Below, in pieces: positions 1 through 14,148 of a DNA stretch of 64,000 bases. Origin of the DNA: Eledone cirrhosa (taxonomy: Eukaryota); the NCBI GenBank assembly GCA_964016885.1, contig OZ024756.1:2108001-2172000 (forward strand). The letters are read 5' to 3'. The position numbers and the translations under genes were made by a program. The notes under the pieces were generated by a model that worked only from the letters and a program-made list of their open reading frames with translations, was not told where the DNA came from and searched no databases. The first letter of the stretch is position 1. Each line of letters starts with the position of its first letter.

Positions 1-39
1 GATCCATTCTATATATATATATAGTTCGTCAATCAGGAG

Positions 40-233
40 ACAGTGGAAATCGATTATATCGAACCCCAGTATTTAAATCGATGAGATCGAACCTCTTTAT
101 TTTATCGACTCGGGGAAGGATGCAAGACAAACTCGACATCAGCAGGATTTGAACTCAGAACGAAGAAAATTCGTAACTAAATACCATAAATCATTTTATC
201 CGACGCTCTACCGATTCTGCCAATCCACTGCCA
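40..233 (-). mobile_element. tRNA-headed SINE, family 1, diverged copy
   Basis: Reverse complement has A-box-like TGGCAGAATCGG, B-box-like GAGTTCAAATCC and the body motif CATCCTT..GTCGATAAAATAAA shared with the other copies. Confidence 0.8.
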
Positions 234-477
234 TCTTGACAGTTATATATTTTATTCATATAAAATTATGAAGACTGGCAAAACAACAACAACAAAACCA
301 ACATCATCATAGATAGCTTCAACGAAAGCCTTCCATAAATTCCTTAGAACGTATAAATTCTATAAATACTAAAGAGGATGTTGTGGAAGAGAAAGTCACT
401 GGTGTCGCCATATTGGATAAATTAACATCTTATGGGAAACATCCTGCTAATGTTTTCACTGTCTCTCTGGCTACTAG

Positions 478-502
478 TCTCTCTCTCTCTCTCAGGCTAC
501 TG

Positions 503-550
<48 letters not shown>

Positions 551-1285
551 TCTCTCTCTCTCCCAATCTCTCTCTCTCTCTGGCTCTCTCTCTCACTCTC
601 TCCTAACCTCTCGCTCTCTCTCTGTCTCTCCCTGGCTCTCTCTTTCGCTCTCTCTCTCTCTAGCTATCTCTCTCTCTCTCTCTGGGTCTCTCTCTTTCTC
701 TCACTCTCACTCTCTCTCACCCTCTCTCTCCCTAGCTCTCTCTCTCACTCTCTCTCTCACTCTCTCTCTCACTCTCTCTCTCTCTAGCTCTCTCTCTTTC
801 GCTCTCTCTCTCTAGCTCTCTCTCTAGCTCTCTCTCTCTCACCCTAGCTCTCTCTCTCTCTCACCCTCTCTCTCTCACTCACTCTCTCTCTCACCCTCTC
901 ACCCTAGCTCTCTCTCTCTCTCTCACCCTCTCTCTCTCACTCACTCTCTCTCTCACCCTCTCTCCCTAGCTCTCTCTCTCTCTCCCTTTATATCTCTCAC
1001 TCTAGCTCTCTTTCTCTCTCTCTCTCTTGCTCTTGTTCTCTGTCTTTCTCCCTCTAGCTCTCTCTCTCTCACTCTCCCTTTCACTTTATCTCTCTCCCTC
1101 TCTCTCACTTTCACTTTTTCTCCCTCTCTCTTTTACTTTCTCTTTTTATCCCCTCCCCACTCTCTTTCTCTTGTTATCTCTATATCTCTCTTTTACTTTC
1201 TCTAGCATTCTCTCTCAGTCACTTCTCTCTCTCGCTCTCTCTCTGACCCCCTCCCTCCTCCCCCCTCTTCTCCCACCTCCTCCCT
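478..1285. repeat. Imperfect (CT)n polypyrimidine microsatellite
   Basis: Directly visible, with recurrent CTAG and CAC interruptions. Confidence 0.95.
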
Positions 1286-1449
1286 CAGATCGAACGAAAT
1301 ATTTTAATACCCAAAGGGATCTGATTGACTATTCTCTCACTGAAATAGAACTCCATGCTACTTCTGTTATTTAATCTTTCTGCTGCAGCTTTTGTTATTA
1401 CAGGAAACTGGGGAAGCAGACGACACAACAATGGCGGTAATAATTATAA

Positions 1450-1580
1450 TAGTTTCTCATTTAGGCACAAGGCCAGCAATTTTTGGCGGGAGGAAGTCGT
1501 TTAAATCGACCTCAGTGTGTTACCGTTACTTTATTTTATCGACCCCGTAAGGCTGAAGGGCAAAGCTAACCTCGTCAAGG
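1450..1580 (-). mobile_element. SINE family 1, 3' fragment
   Basis: GGCACAAGGCCAGCAAT...TTTTATCGACCCCGTAAGG..AAAGCTAACCTCG matches the reverse complement of the family body. Confidence 0.8.
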
Positions 1581-1581
1581 A

Positions 1582-1633
<52 letters not shown>

Positions 1634-1672
1634 ATACTACTACTACTAATACTACTACTAATAATAATGATA

Positions 1673-2450
1673 ATGGAGCTGGTTAAAAAGGGGAGATCTT
1701 AAAAAAGCTACAGAAGGAATGCTAATGGCTGCGCAAGAGCAGGCCCTCAGAACGAAGTGGGTGAAACACCATATTGACAAGGAGGAGGCTTGTTCACTGT
1801 GGAGATCTGTGGAGAGAGAGAGGAGACTGTGGCTCACATTGTATCCGAGTGTAAACACCTAGCCCAGACTCACTATAAAGGCTGGAGACATGATACGATA
1901 GGAAAGGTGATTCACTGGTATTTATGCAAACTAAATAATTTACCACATTCTGAGAAGTGATATGAGCATAAGGGAGAGTCGGTGATAGAAAACGATCAGG
2001 TGAAGGTGCTATGGGATTTTAGGATACAGACGGACAAGAAATTAGAACACAATAGGCCTGACCTGGTGGTTTTTGAAAAGGAAAAAAAATCGTGCCTGAA
2101 TATAGATGTAGCTTGCCCCTTTGACACGAGAGTGCAAGAAAAGAAGAAGGAGAAAATTAACCGACACCAGGATTTAAAGTGGGAGTTAAAAAGGATTTGG
2201 AACTGTCATGAGATCAAGGTCGTCCCGATTGTCATAGGAACACTAGGTACTATCTCAAAGAGCTTTCAAGGATGGTTAAAGAACATTAGTCCAACCCCCA
2301 TTTTTTTGGAATACTTCAAAAGGCATGCTTGCTGGAACAGCAAGAACCCTCCGATACGTCCTGAATATCTGAGGCTACAGGTAGCGACTTGATATTCATT
2401 TCAACAAACTCTCCAGTTTTAATAACATCAATGACTGATACTCCAAGAAT
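1673..2450 (+). mobile_element. 3' end of an R4/Dong-clade non-LTR retrotransposon (zinc knuckle plus restriction-like endonuclease), pseudogenised
   Basis: Translation gives ATEGMLMAAQEQALRT...CGEREETVAHIVSEC..RHD...VLWDFRIQTD..LEHNRPDLVV...IDVACPFD..KKKEKI..DL..E...VVPIVIGTLG, i.e. CCHC plus PD-(D/E)xK motifs. It has frameshifts and a TGA at 1958. Flanked by (TAC/TAA)n and (TAA/TGA)n. Confidence 0.88.
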
Positions 2451-2547
2451 AATACTAATAATGATGATGATCATAATGATGATGTTAATGATGATGATGG
2501 TAATGTTGATGATGATGATGACTATTATTTTATCATTATTTGAACTC

Positions 2548-2685
2548 TAGCATAGTTACGTCCCTTTACAGTCTGAGTTCAAATCCCGCCGAGGTTAACT
2601 TTGCCTTTCATCCTTATGGGGTCGATAAAATAAAGTACCAGTAATGTACTGGGTAATTGCTGGCCTTGTGCCTAAAGTAGAAACA
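2548..2685 (+). mobile_element. SINE family 1, 5'-truncated, with 13-bp target-site duplication
   Basis: B box and family body; ATTATTTGAACTC at 2535-2547 and 2686-2698. Confidence 0.85.
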
Positions 2686-3600
2686 ATTATTTGAACTCAG
2701 GTGATTTACGTGGATTTGTTTTACACTTTTACCCGGAGTTTGATTTGGAGACTATAAATGGCGACTAACTACAAATAAATAAATAATGGGAAAACCTGGG
2801 AAAGAAACAATGCAGTTATTAATAAGAAGAGTTGAAATTAATACATGCAAAATTTCACAGCTCTAACATCACTCCTTCACAGCCTATGACCAAGATACTC
2901 TCATGGAATGACCAAATGAGGTTTACTTTTCAACATACACCTTGGAAGAAAAAAAATGCAGTTATTGTTAAGAAGACTCGAAATTAATGCATGCAAGATT
3001 TCACAGTTCTAGCATCAAGTCTTCATAGTCTACCCATGAACTTTTCAGCCCACTCTCGTATATATTGTATGTGCTCTAAGGAAGGGAGGCAACTATCTAG
3101 TTTTAATTAAGGAAAAGCTTGAGGTACCGGATTAAAAATATATATTTGTTACTCTGGGATAAAGCACACTTTCCAAGACTTTCAGTCCCCTCACCCTGTT
3201 TAATGAACTCTTCCAGGTTCATTCCATTTGGAAAGACATGAATTGAGAAGATGCTTCGACTAAACATAGGCGTTAGTGTAGGGCCTGAGAGAAGGAGGTG
3301 GGGGAGGGGTGTACACGGTAGGGGTGGGGTGGACGGAGGAGCAACGCGAGTGTGTTGGGTGTTTGAATGACAGATAGACAGACAGACTGACGAATAGATA
3401 GACTGGAGTGGATGAGGGAGGCTGAGAAAGAAAGGCTTGCAGAGAGAGAGAGAGAAAGAGACAGAGAGAAACAGAGAGATATAAGAGAAGGACAGAGAGA
3501 AAGAAATATATGTATGTGAGAGAGAGAGAGAGAGAGAGAAAGAGAGCGAGAGAGATTGTGGAAGGGACAGAGAGATGTATGAAATAGAAACAGAGAGAAA

Positions 3601-3640
<40 letters not shown>

Positions 3641-3799
3641 ATGTGTGCGTGAGAGAAAGAGTGTGAGAGAAAGAGAGTGAAAGCGTGTGTGTGAAGGAGA
3701 AAGCACTGAGAGAGAGAAAGTAAGAGAGAAATTGAGCGTGAGTTAGAGAGAGTGAGGGGGAGTGAGAAAGTGAGAGAGATAGATAGATAGATAGATAGG

Positions 3800-3873
<74 letters not shown>

Positions 3874-3941
3874 GATAGAGAGAGGGTGGGGCGATTAAGA
3901 ACAGAAGATAGATATGCTGGTATAAAGAAAGTAGCAAAGAA

Positions 3942-4445
3942 GAGTTTGCTTGCCAGTATAATTATGTCCCGCCTCGGCTACCGTAGAAATATTGGTGGAA
4001 ATGTTTGTATTCAATAGCAGCTATCCAAGGAAGAGTTGCTTTCTAGTATAATTATGTCCCGTCTCGGCTACCGTAGAAATATTGGTGGAAATGTTTGTAT
4101 TCAATAGCAGCTATCCAAGGAAGAGTTGCTTTCTAGTATAATTATGTCCCGTCTCGGCTACCGTAGAAATATTGGTGGAAATGTTTGCAATAGCGACTGT
4201 CCAAGGAAGAGTTTTCTTGTCAGTATAATTATGTCCCGCCTCGGCTACCATAGAAATATTGGTGGCAATGTTTGCGTTCAATAGCGGCTGTCCAAAGAAG
4301 AGTTTTCTTGCCAGTATAATTATGTCCCGTCTCGGCTACCGTAGAAATATTGGTGGAAATGTTTGCCTTCAATAGCGGCTGTCCAAGGAAGAGTTTTCTT
4401 GCCAGTATAATTATGTCCCGTCTCGGCTACCATAGAAATATTGGC
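3942..4445. repeat. Minisatellite, ~90-bp unit x ~5.5
   Basis: AGTATAATTATGTCCCG(C/T)CTCGGCTACC recurs in units starting at 3951, 4041, 4131 and onward; the unit has stops in all six frames. Confidence 0.95.
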
Positions 4446-4793
4446 TGTCCACTTGAAACTGATGTGTTAAAGAGATGATGTCAATCAGTGGACCTTAATC
4501 CGGCGATCAACTAATACTGGCAGAGTTCACCTCCTCCTTCTCCTCCTTATCGTCACCCTCCTCCACCTTTTCCTCCTCCTTATTGTCACCCTCCTCTACC
4601 TTCTTCTTCTTCTTCTTCTTCTTATTATTATTATTATTATTATTTCCCTCCTTCTCCTCGTTCACCTCTCCCTCGTTCTCAACCCCCCTCCCCCCTCTCA
4701 GCTATTTTAACTTAATGTTGTGACGTCATTGTATTATGTCGGCCATTTTATCTGGAACATTCACTCACTCTCACATACATATATATATAGTCT

Positions 4794-4833
<40 letters not shown>

Positions 4834-5183
4834 GTCACACTCATACATATATATAGTCACACACACACACATATATATAGTCACACACATACATATATAT
4901 ATAGTCACACACACATATATAACCACACACGTACAGTCACACACACACACACACATATAGTCACACATACACACATACAGCCACACATACATACAATCAC
5001 ACACACACAGTCACAGAAACGCACAGTCACACAAACACATACATTCATACACGCAGATATATTCCCACAGACACATACAGTCATATACGCACACATACAT
5101 CACACACACACACTTACACACACACACACACACACGCAAAGATAAGACCTCACACACACACAGATACTTTAACTGCTGTATTG

Positions 5184-5750
5184 GATACAGTTATTAGGCT
5201 GTCGCCATGCTGGAATATCGACTTAGACACAGTGTATCTAGGACTACATTATCGAATGTACCTTAATACTGTTATTGGGGTTTGGCCATGCTGGAGTATC
5301 GACTTAGACATAGTGTATCTAGGACTACATTATCGAATGTACCTTAATACTGTTATTGAGCTGTCGCCATGCTGGAATATCGACTTAGACATAGTGTATC
5401 TAGGACTACATTATCGAATGTACCTTAATACTGTTATTGAGCTGTCGCCATGCTGGAATATCGACTTAGACATAGTGTATCTAGGACTACATTATCGAAT
5501 GTACCTTAATACTGTTATTGAGGTGTGGCCATGCTGGAGTATCGACTTAGACATAGTGTATCTAGGACTACATTATCGAATGTACCTTAATACTGTTATT
5601 AGGCTGTCGCCATGCTGGAATATCGACTTAGACATAGTGTATCTAGGACTACATTATCGAATGTGCCTTAATACTGTTATTGGGGTGTGGCCATGCTGGA
5701 GTATCGACTTAGACATAGTGTATCTAGGACTACATTATCGAATGTACCTT
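5184..5750. repeat. Minisatellite, 81-bp unit x 7
   Basis: GCCATGCTGGA(A/G)TATCGACTTAGACATAGTGTATCTAGGACTACATTATCGAATGTACCTTAATACTGTTATT repeated. Confidence 0.95.
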
Positions 5751-5957
5751 ATCGTTTATTAGATAGTAGGTCATGATGTTAGAGAAAAGGCGGCATTGCC
5801 ATTCCAGATTTTCAATTAATAATAATAATAATGAAGTAGTATGGGCAACTATCGATTATACCAATTATATTTGATTGATTATTTTTATCGATCTCACAAG
5901 TAGAAAAAGAAAGATGGACGCCGCAAAGCTTTTAGATTTGATATTTTGAGGTTTAAT

Positions 5958-6357
5958 AATGGTTTCTGATTTAGGCAGAAGGCCAACAATTCGGGGGAGA
6001 AGGGAAAGTCAATCAAATCGACACCAGTGCCTTACTGGTTCTTTAGTTTATCGATTCAGTAAAGATGAAAGGCAAAGCTTACTTCGGCGGGATTTGAATT
6101 CAGAACGTAAAGGGCCGTAACTCTACGGCGCAAAGTATGCTACCCGACATTCTACCGGTTACTACCAATCCACCCCTCTAACAATAATAATGGTTTCCGA
6201 TATAAGCACAAGGCTATCAATTTTGGGAGACCCGTAAGTATGAAAGGCAAAGCTAACCTCGTCGGGATTTGAACTCAGAATGGGAAGGCCCGTAACTCTC
6301 TGCGTCAAAGCATGGCGTCCGACCCTCTACCGATACTGCCAATCCACCGCCATCCTC
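5958..6357 (-). mobile_element. Two adjacent SINE family 1 copies (about 5958-6177 and 6190-6357)
   Basis: Each has ATGAAAGGCAAAGCT..CGGGATTTGAA(C/T)TCAGA..CCAATCCACC. Confidence 0.8.
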
Positions 6358-6680
6358 TAACAATAATAATAGTAACAATATTCCGATTTTTATTTTTTTG
6401 CAGTCCGCCATTTGCCGTCCTGCTGCTGCTGCTGCTGCTGCTGCTGTCTGGAATGTTCTATTATCAAACCTACTTTCACTTTCACATTACAACCCTCCGT
6501 TATTGATTACATTCTGACTTTCTTCTACTACTTCTTCTTATCCCACCATGGCCATCACCCCAGACAACACGGTTACCTCGACGACAACGACTACATATAG
6601 GATCTGTTTCTGTTTTATGTATTTTGAAATGATATTAAAGAGAGGGGGACCAGTTGAGGTGAATTAGTTGTGTGTGTTGC

Positions 6681-6928
6681 ATCGTTGCTAGGAGATGCGG
6701 GTTCGACTTTTGTAGTGGGCGGATAGCACGCGGACCAAACCTTGGGTATGTCCTGAAACTGATTATCGTTGCTAGGAGATGCGGGTTCGACTTTTGTAGT
6801 GGGCGGATAGCACGCGGACCAAACCTTGGGTATGTCCTGAAACTGATTATCGTTGCTAGGAGATGCGGGTTCGACTTTTGTAGTGGGCGGATAGCACGCG
6901 GACCAAACCTGGGGTATATCCTGAAACA
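6681..6928. repeat. Minisatellite, 84-bp unit x 3
   Basis: ATCGTTGCTAGGAGATGCGGGTTCGAC at 6681, 6765 and 6849. Confidence 0.95.
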
Positions 6929-7457
6929 GATGCTTAAATAATTGGGCAATATTGATGGAATATATTAATATATATCTACCAGAGATTAGACTCATTTGTC
7001 AGGAATTTGTCTTCCAATAATGAGCACGAAGACCTTCCACTGAATGGAAGGAAACAATCTGTTTAAGTGAGATATAGGGATATTGTCCAAGGAAATCTCT
7101 ACACTGGGGAAATACATCTCTAAGGAAGTTTCCGGAATAGAGAAATACGCACAGGGGTTATGCTTAGAAACAATTGTAAAGGATTCTATTAAATTGTCGT
7201 CTGTAAACGCCATTGTGTTTTGTTAAATACACTCACACACACGCACACACGCACACACACACACACACACACACAAGCATACACACAGTAATACATACAC
7301 ACACAGACGTATATATAAAAAAAAAGATGTACTACGTGCCTATTTGAACATATTTATATCTACATGGATATATATAGATACAAACACACACACACACACA
7401 TATATATATATATGCATATATATATATATGCATATGTACACACACAAACTCACACAG

Positions 7458-7551
<94 letters not shown>

Positions 7552-7689
7552 AAATGTATATATAAGCTAACGACATCTGCCGGTGCCTCCGAGGCGGAAT
7601 ATCGTTATTTGAAGCCTCGTTGAACTTGAGCGTTTAACAGTTCGCTATTGGATAATTTAATTTATTAAGCTTCATACACATTCTCTTCT

Positions 7690-8500
<811 letters not shown>

Positions 8501-8651
8501 GCATAGATATTGAATTAGATGTTTTATAAATGTGCCCGTGGGACAAAGAACCTTTATATATATATATATGTACACAGACACACATATATATATATATGTG
8601 TGTGTATATATATATATGTGTGTGTATGTGTGTGTATATATATATGTGCGC

Positions 8652-8692
<41 letters not shown>

Positions 8693-9228
8693 TGTGTATG
8701 TCTGTATGTATTCAGCCAAGCAGATTGTCACACGGTAGGTAGTTCCAAATAGCTATATAGTTTCGAGGCCTCGAGGAATGTTTTCTTTGTGAATGCCTCA
8801 CACCAAGGACCTCCTAGCTAACTCTTGAAACATTAGGGAATTCAGAATGGTGAACAAGATCCTTGTTTCATCATCCTCTTTTAACAAGCACCCTTGGTTA
8901 TAGCGCACAGATAGTAACTTGGCTATCGGTGGTCATAGTATACCAGTTGTGGGTATTTTTCTTTCCTGATACCATTGGGCTTTCACGTCAAGCTAACACA
9001 CACACACACACACATATATATGCAGACACTCTCACAGACAGTAATACACACACACACACACACACACAACCACACATATACACGATCACATATAGATAGA
9101 TAGAAAGATAGGTAGATATTGAAAAGGTGGTTTTAACTTGAAAACACTTTCCAGCTTTATCAAAGATACAAATATCCACACACTGCAGACATTCACACAA
9201 ACACTCACACACACGCACAGATACAAAG

Positions 9229-9303
<75 letters not shown>

Positions 9304-9417
9304 TATATATATATATATATATATATACAAAATGTATTTAAATATATAACGTTGAAAGAGATAGGCCAAACATATATATATACACATATACAATATATAT
9401 TATATATATATATATAC

Positions 9418-9474
<57 letters not shown>

Positions 9475-10231
9475 CATCCCCAAAATCTAATCTAATTTTA
9501 AAAAGTCCTATAATATCAAGTCACGTCATTCATTTTTAATCTTTTTTCCCTGTTTTCGTTTTTTCAATCTAAACTATTAATTGTGGCAAAATTAAATATC
9601 GACAAAATAAAACTATCGAATTTATTCGAAATCGACGCAAATGTACGTATGTATGTGTTGTTTATAGGATATTGACACATAAGCGACAACTATCGGCGTA
9701 ACTGCGTGTTATTATTGCTGTTCACTTCATCGCTTGTTACTCTTTAGCCGCCATTTTGTGTGGTTGGTTGTTGTTGGCCGTCATGTTGAGCAGTGTGGTT
9801 GGTGGTTTTTCATCTGTGTTAATTTCCAGAAAACTAATAACAAAAGTGCCGATCAATTCTGTCAACAATCCTCCTTCTTAATCTATAAAAAGAATGTTAG
9901 AGGGTTGGCTTCGATCATCTAGCTAATATAATTTCAATCAATAACGATCTCTATCTATTTGATCGATATGTTATCCTCGTCATAACTCTAGTGCCGTGTG
10001 TGATATACATACATACATACATGCATACATACATACATATATACATACATACGTACATACATACGTACATACATACATACATACATGCATACATACATGC
10101 ATATATACATACATATGTACATACATACGTACATACATGCGTACATACGTACATACATACATATACATATGCACTCACATATATATATATATCTATCTAT
10201 GTGTGTATGTGTTTATGCACACGTTCATTCA

Positions 10232-10329
<98 letters not shown>

Positions 10330-10369
10330 TGATCGTATTCATAAACACATACACACATATATATTGTTT

Positions 10370-10850
10370 TACTTGGGGAGGGTCATATTGTTGTAATACT
10401 ATTGCCAGAAATAATAACAGAACATACTCACCGTTTCGTTGGTTTTCGCTTCTGAATCTTTTATATCTCCATAGTTAATTCATTTGGCCATTAATGTTTA
10501 TCATTGACTGACCAACGGTCAAAAATACAGATATAAATATATATATATATATAGTCTAACAAAGTTCTTTCGTTGAACATCTGCAACATCATCAGTGGAA
10601 CTATTATCATGTTTCCCTCTATTGTATTGTATTGTAATGTCTACGCCATTTTCATATGATATGATATATATTTATATCTGTATTTTTGACCGTTGGTCAG
10701 TCAATGATAAACATTGATTGCCAAATAAATTAACTATGGAGATATAAAAGTTGCAGAAGCGAAAATCAACCAAACAGTGAGTGTGTTCTCTTATTAATTC
10801 TGTTATTATTTATGTTATTATTGTTATTTCAACAATATGACCCTCCCCAA

Positions 10851-10852
<2 letters not shown>
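10370..10852. mobile_element. Fold-back (inverted repeat) unit in (TA)n, probable PLE terminal fragment
   Basis: ACTTGGGGAGGGTCATATTGTTG (10371) vs CAACAATATGACCCTCCCCAAGT (10830); arms about 10370-10535 and 10670-10852. Confidence 0.65.
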
Positions 10853-10895
<43 letters not shown>

Positions 10896-10981
10896 AACAA
10901 GTATGACCCACTCGACTACCCTAAGTATTGAGTACTTTGGTGCGTTATGGTCCATCTGGTTCCTTACCACATTTCCTTCGT

Positions 10982-11012
<31 letters not shown>

Positions 11013-11223
11013 TTGGAGGCGGTAAACCAATTAGACCATTACTCACTAAAGTACTCAATACTGAATATTTTCATATATATATATATATACATATTTACAT
11101 ACATACACAATCCTATATATATCTATAATATATTATATCACCCCCTAAAGTTATTTTTATCTAAAGACATTTTTTCCAATTCCAACCCGCCCGTCCCCTC
11201 AATCTTTCTTATTTCTCATTCTT

Positions 11224-11259
11224 TCTTCTGATGAAGGACTAGCGTCTGAAACGTTAAGA
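11224..11259 (+). ncRNA. Minimal type I hammerhead ribozyme motif (family a)
   Basis: tctt-CTGATGA-aGGAC tagc GTCT-GAAACGTT-aaga, inside a ~200-bp repeat (11150-11345) also present at 16664 and 45350. Confidence 0.7.
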
Positions 11260-11340
11260 CCCTCTTGCTGCTATATCAAGCGTTGACCTAATATATCCCT
11301 TCCATATACTGTACCGATTGTGTTGTTATTTTTGTTTACC

Positions 11341-11433
<93 letters not shown>

Positions 11434-11738
11434 AATGTAAGTCCAGTAGATAAAATATATACAGTAGATAGAATATATACAGTATTTTCTCCCCCAATCA
11501 GTATAAATCAACCACATAAAAAATCATTTAAACGAGGCTATAAGTTTAAAATGTACTTATGAAGACACAATAGACAAATGACAGATTATTTTCCGCGATG
11601 TACAGCTATATGACACTTATCTAATTATTTCTTCTAGCCTGTAGAAATTGACTAGACAAATAGTTAACTACACGGAATTAGGTACAAAAGAGAAGTTTGA
11701 AGAAAAAATGTACATAAATTTTACCAGAATTCTCATAG

Positions 11739-11821
11739 TCTCTACCACCGGTGGTTTCGTTCCGCTTTTTGGATATATCCCGTCTTGGATAAATCCACAA
11801 GGCTTGGAACTCATCAGGAGA
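11739..11821 (-). ncRNA. Type I hammerhead ribozyme motif with long loop II (family b)
   Basis: tctc-CTGATGA-GTTCC..long loop..GGAAC-GAAAC-caccggtg-GTA-gaga; all three stems pair. Confidence 0.85.
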
Positions 11822-12049
11822 TACCCCAGAATGGATTAAGTTTCTTCTACCATGATCCCCACCAGAAATGAATTCAAAATGGCTAAGAACCATCACGTAG
11901 CCAGTGGTCAAGGCAGACAGTTTGTGATTGGTGCCTGTCGGCGAGTATGCTGGTTGATAGAAAGCGCAGCCGAATACTGCCTTACGGGAGTATATATTAA
12001 ATTCAAACCGTATATATATATATATATAATTAGACATAGTCACAGATAC

Positions 12050-12177
<128 letters not shown>

Positions 12178-12523
12178 CTGATTTCAGGTAGACACCATTG
12201 CGCGTGGTCCTTTAATTTCCTGCAGAATTGTTATTGTTGAGGTCAATGCTCTTCGTTGTCGTTGTTGTTGTTATTTATGTTTATTTCCCATTGCAACCTT
12301 GAGCAAGGATATCTCAAATGAAAGTTGTCCTAGCCATGACCTTTGCGTCTGATTTTTATGGTTTGTGTTGATGACAGTAGAGGAAGGATGTATTTGTATC
12401 TAGGAATACATTTTTTAGTATATTTCTAGTATATTTCTATATTTCTACTATTTCTAGTATATTTCTGTCTTCGATTCTTCCCTCACATACACTTCTCTCT
12501 CTTTTTCTTCCCCAGGTTTGGCT

Positions 12524-12579
12524 AGTTTCCCAGGACCTTTCCACAACAGAGAACTGTTGTGGAAAGGTCCTGGGAAACT
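12524..12579. other. Perfect 26-bp hairpin with a 4-nt loop
   Basis: AGTTTCCCAGGACCTTTCCACAACAG-agaa-CTGTTGTGGAAAGGTCCTGGGAAACT. Confidence 0.95.
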
Positions 12580-12753
12580 TTCCTCACTGTCTCCGATGTC
12601 AGAAAGGACAAAAAACCTTATTGCGGAGAGTTCGAAGGAGTCACCCTCACTACGATGGTCGGCTGTTGCATACGACCCAATAGGTAGAGACAAATTTGAC
12701 TTTGCCTCTTTCGAAGTCGATGAATAAATTACCAGTGTTGATTCACCTATCTT

Positions 12754-12802
<49 letters not shown>

Positions 12803-13136
12803 CCTTTCTCTGGAAGAAATCAGTCGTGTTCCGTACGAGAGATGGATTGGTCTTTTGACCCGTCTTCAGTGGCTGCTAAACACCACCAACATACAATAAA
12901 TAGTCCATCCAGAAAAATTGGGTTTGGTAAATCTATTTTGACGAGAGAGATGGTGTAGCATTGGTGATATGTTACAAACATCGTGTGTCAGAACGGCGCC
13001 CCTACGCCTCCATCAACAGTTAAAAGAGCATCCTGTTATTTCTATCAAAGATATCGACCATAATTAGATTCCTTTATATACTCGCTCGTCTAGTAGAACA
13101 TTTTCGACTCAAGTTTTCATTATTTAAATGCAATTA

Positions 13137-13340
13137 GGATGGTGGATTGGCAGAATCTGTAGAGCATCGGACAATATACTTTACGGCTCTTTACGTTCTG
13201 AGTTCAAATCTCGCCGAGGTTAGCTTTGTCTTTAATCCTTACGGGGTCGATAAAGTAAAGCACCAGTAATGCACTGGGGTCGATTTAATCGATTTCCCCT
13301 CCCCGACAAATGGTTGGTCTTGCGCCTATAGTAGAAACAA
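13137..13340 (+). mobile_element. SINE family 1, full length
   Basis: GGATGGTGGATTGGCAGAATC (A box), GAGTTCAAATC (B box), body, AGAAACAATTATT tail. Confidence 0.88.
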
Positions 13341-13669
13341 TTATTTAAATAAGATTGTACAATATACTTAGCTCCCTGTTCGGTGTATAATTAGAGATAT
13401 ATATTTTAAACACGTGTGTACAGCGACCTTTCCTCGCCCATACCAAACCATACGACAATACAGCTATGATGTGTAACTAAAGCTTCCAGACTTATTGATT
13501 TCAAAACGATATATTTTCAATAGCTACAAAATCAACGTCAAGAAACCAATAAACACGACAATGGGGATGAAGGGAGTGGCGAATGTTTTATATAGGCTAA
13601 ATTCCAGAGAAAGATGAAAATAACCCCAAAAATCAAAACAAAACAGGAACAACAAAAAGCAAGCACCAC

Positions 13670-14148
13670 CACCAACAACAACAATAGCAGCAATAGCAAC
13701 AACAACTACAACAACTACAACAAAAAAACGAAAGGACCAACAACAACAACAACAGCAACATCAACTACAACAAAACAACGAAATGACCAACAACAACAAC
13801 AACAACTACAACAAAACAACGAAAGGACCAACAACAACAACTACAACAACAAGAAAACAACGAAAGGATCAACAATAACAACAATTACAACACCAACAAC
13901 AACAACAGCAACTACAACAAAACAACGAAAAGACCAACATCAACAACTACAACAAAACAACGAAAAGACCAACAACAACAACAACGACAACAACAACAAC
14001 AGCAGCAACAAATACAACAAAACAACGAAAGGACCAACAACAACAACAATAGCAACAACAACAACAACTACAACAAAACAACGAAAGGACCAACAACAAC
14101 AACAATAGCAACAACAACAACAACAACTACAACAAAACCACGAAAGGT
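13670..14148. repeat. (CAA)n tract punctuated by AAAACAACGAAAGGACC
   Basis: Directly visible. Confidence 0.9.

Noticed and set aside
1288-1436. Possible micro-exons after the (CT)n tract
   Set aside because: AG acceptors after a pyrimidine microsatellite arise trivially; the frames are short and cannot be linked to other exons
13137-13215. tRNA genes
   Set aside because: A/B boxes continue into a SINE body and tail with TSDs; no complete cloverleaf was found
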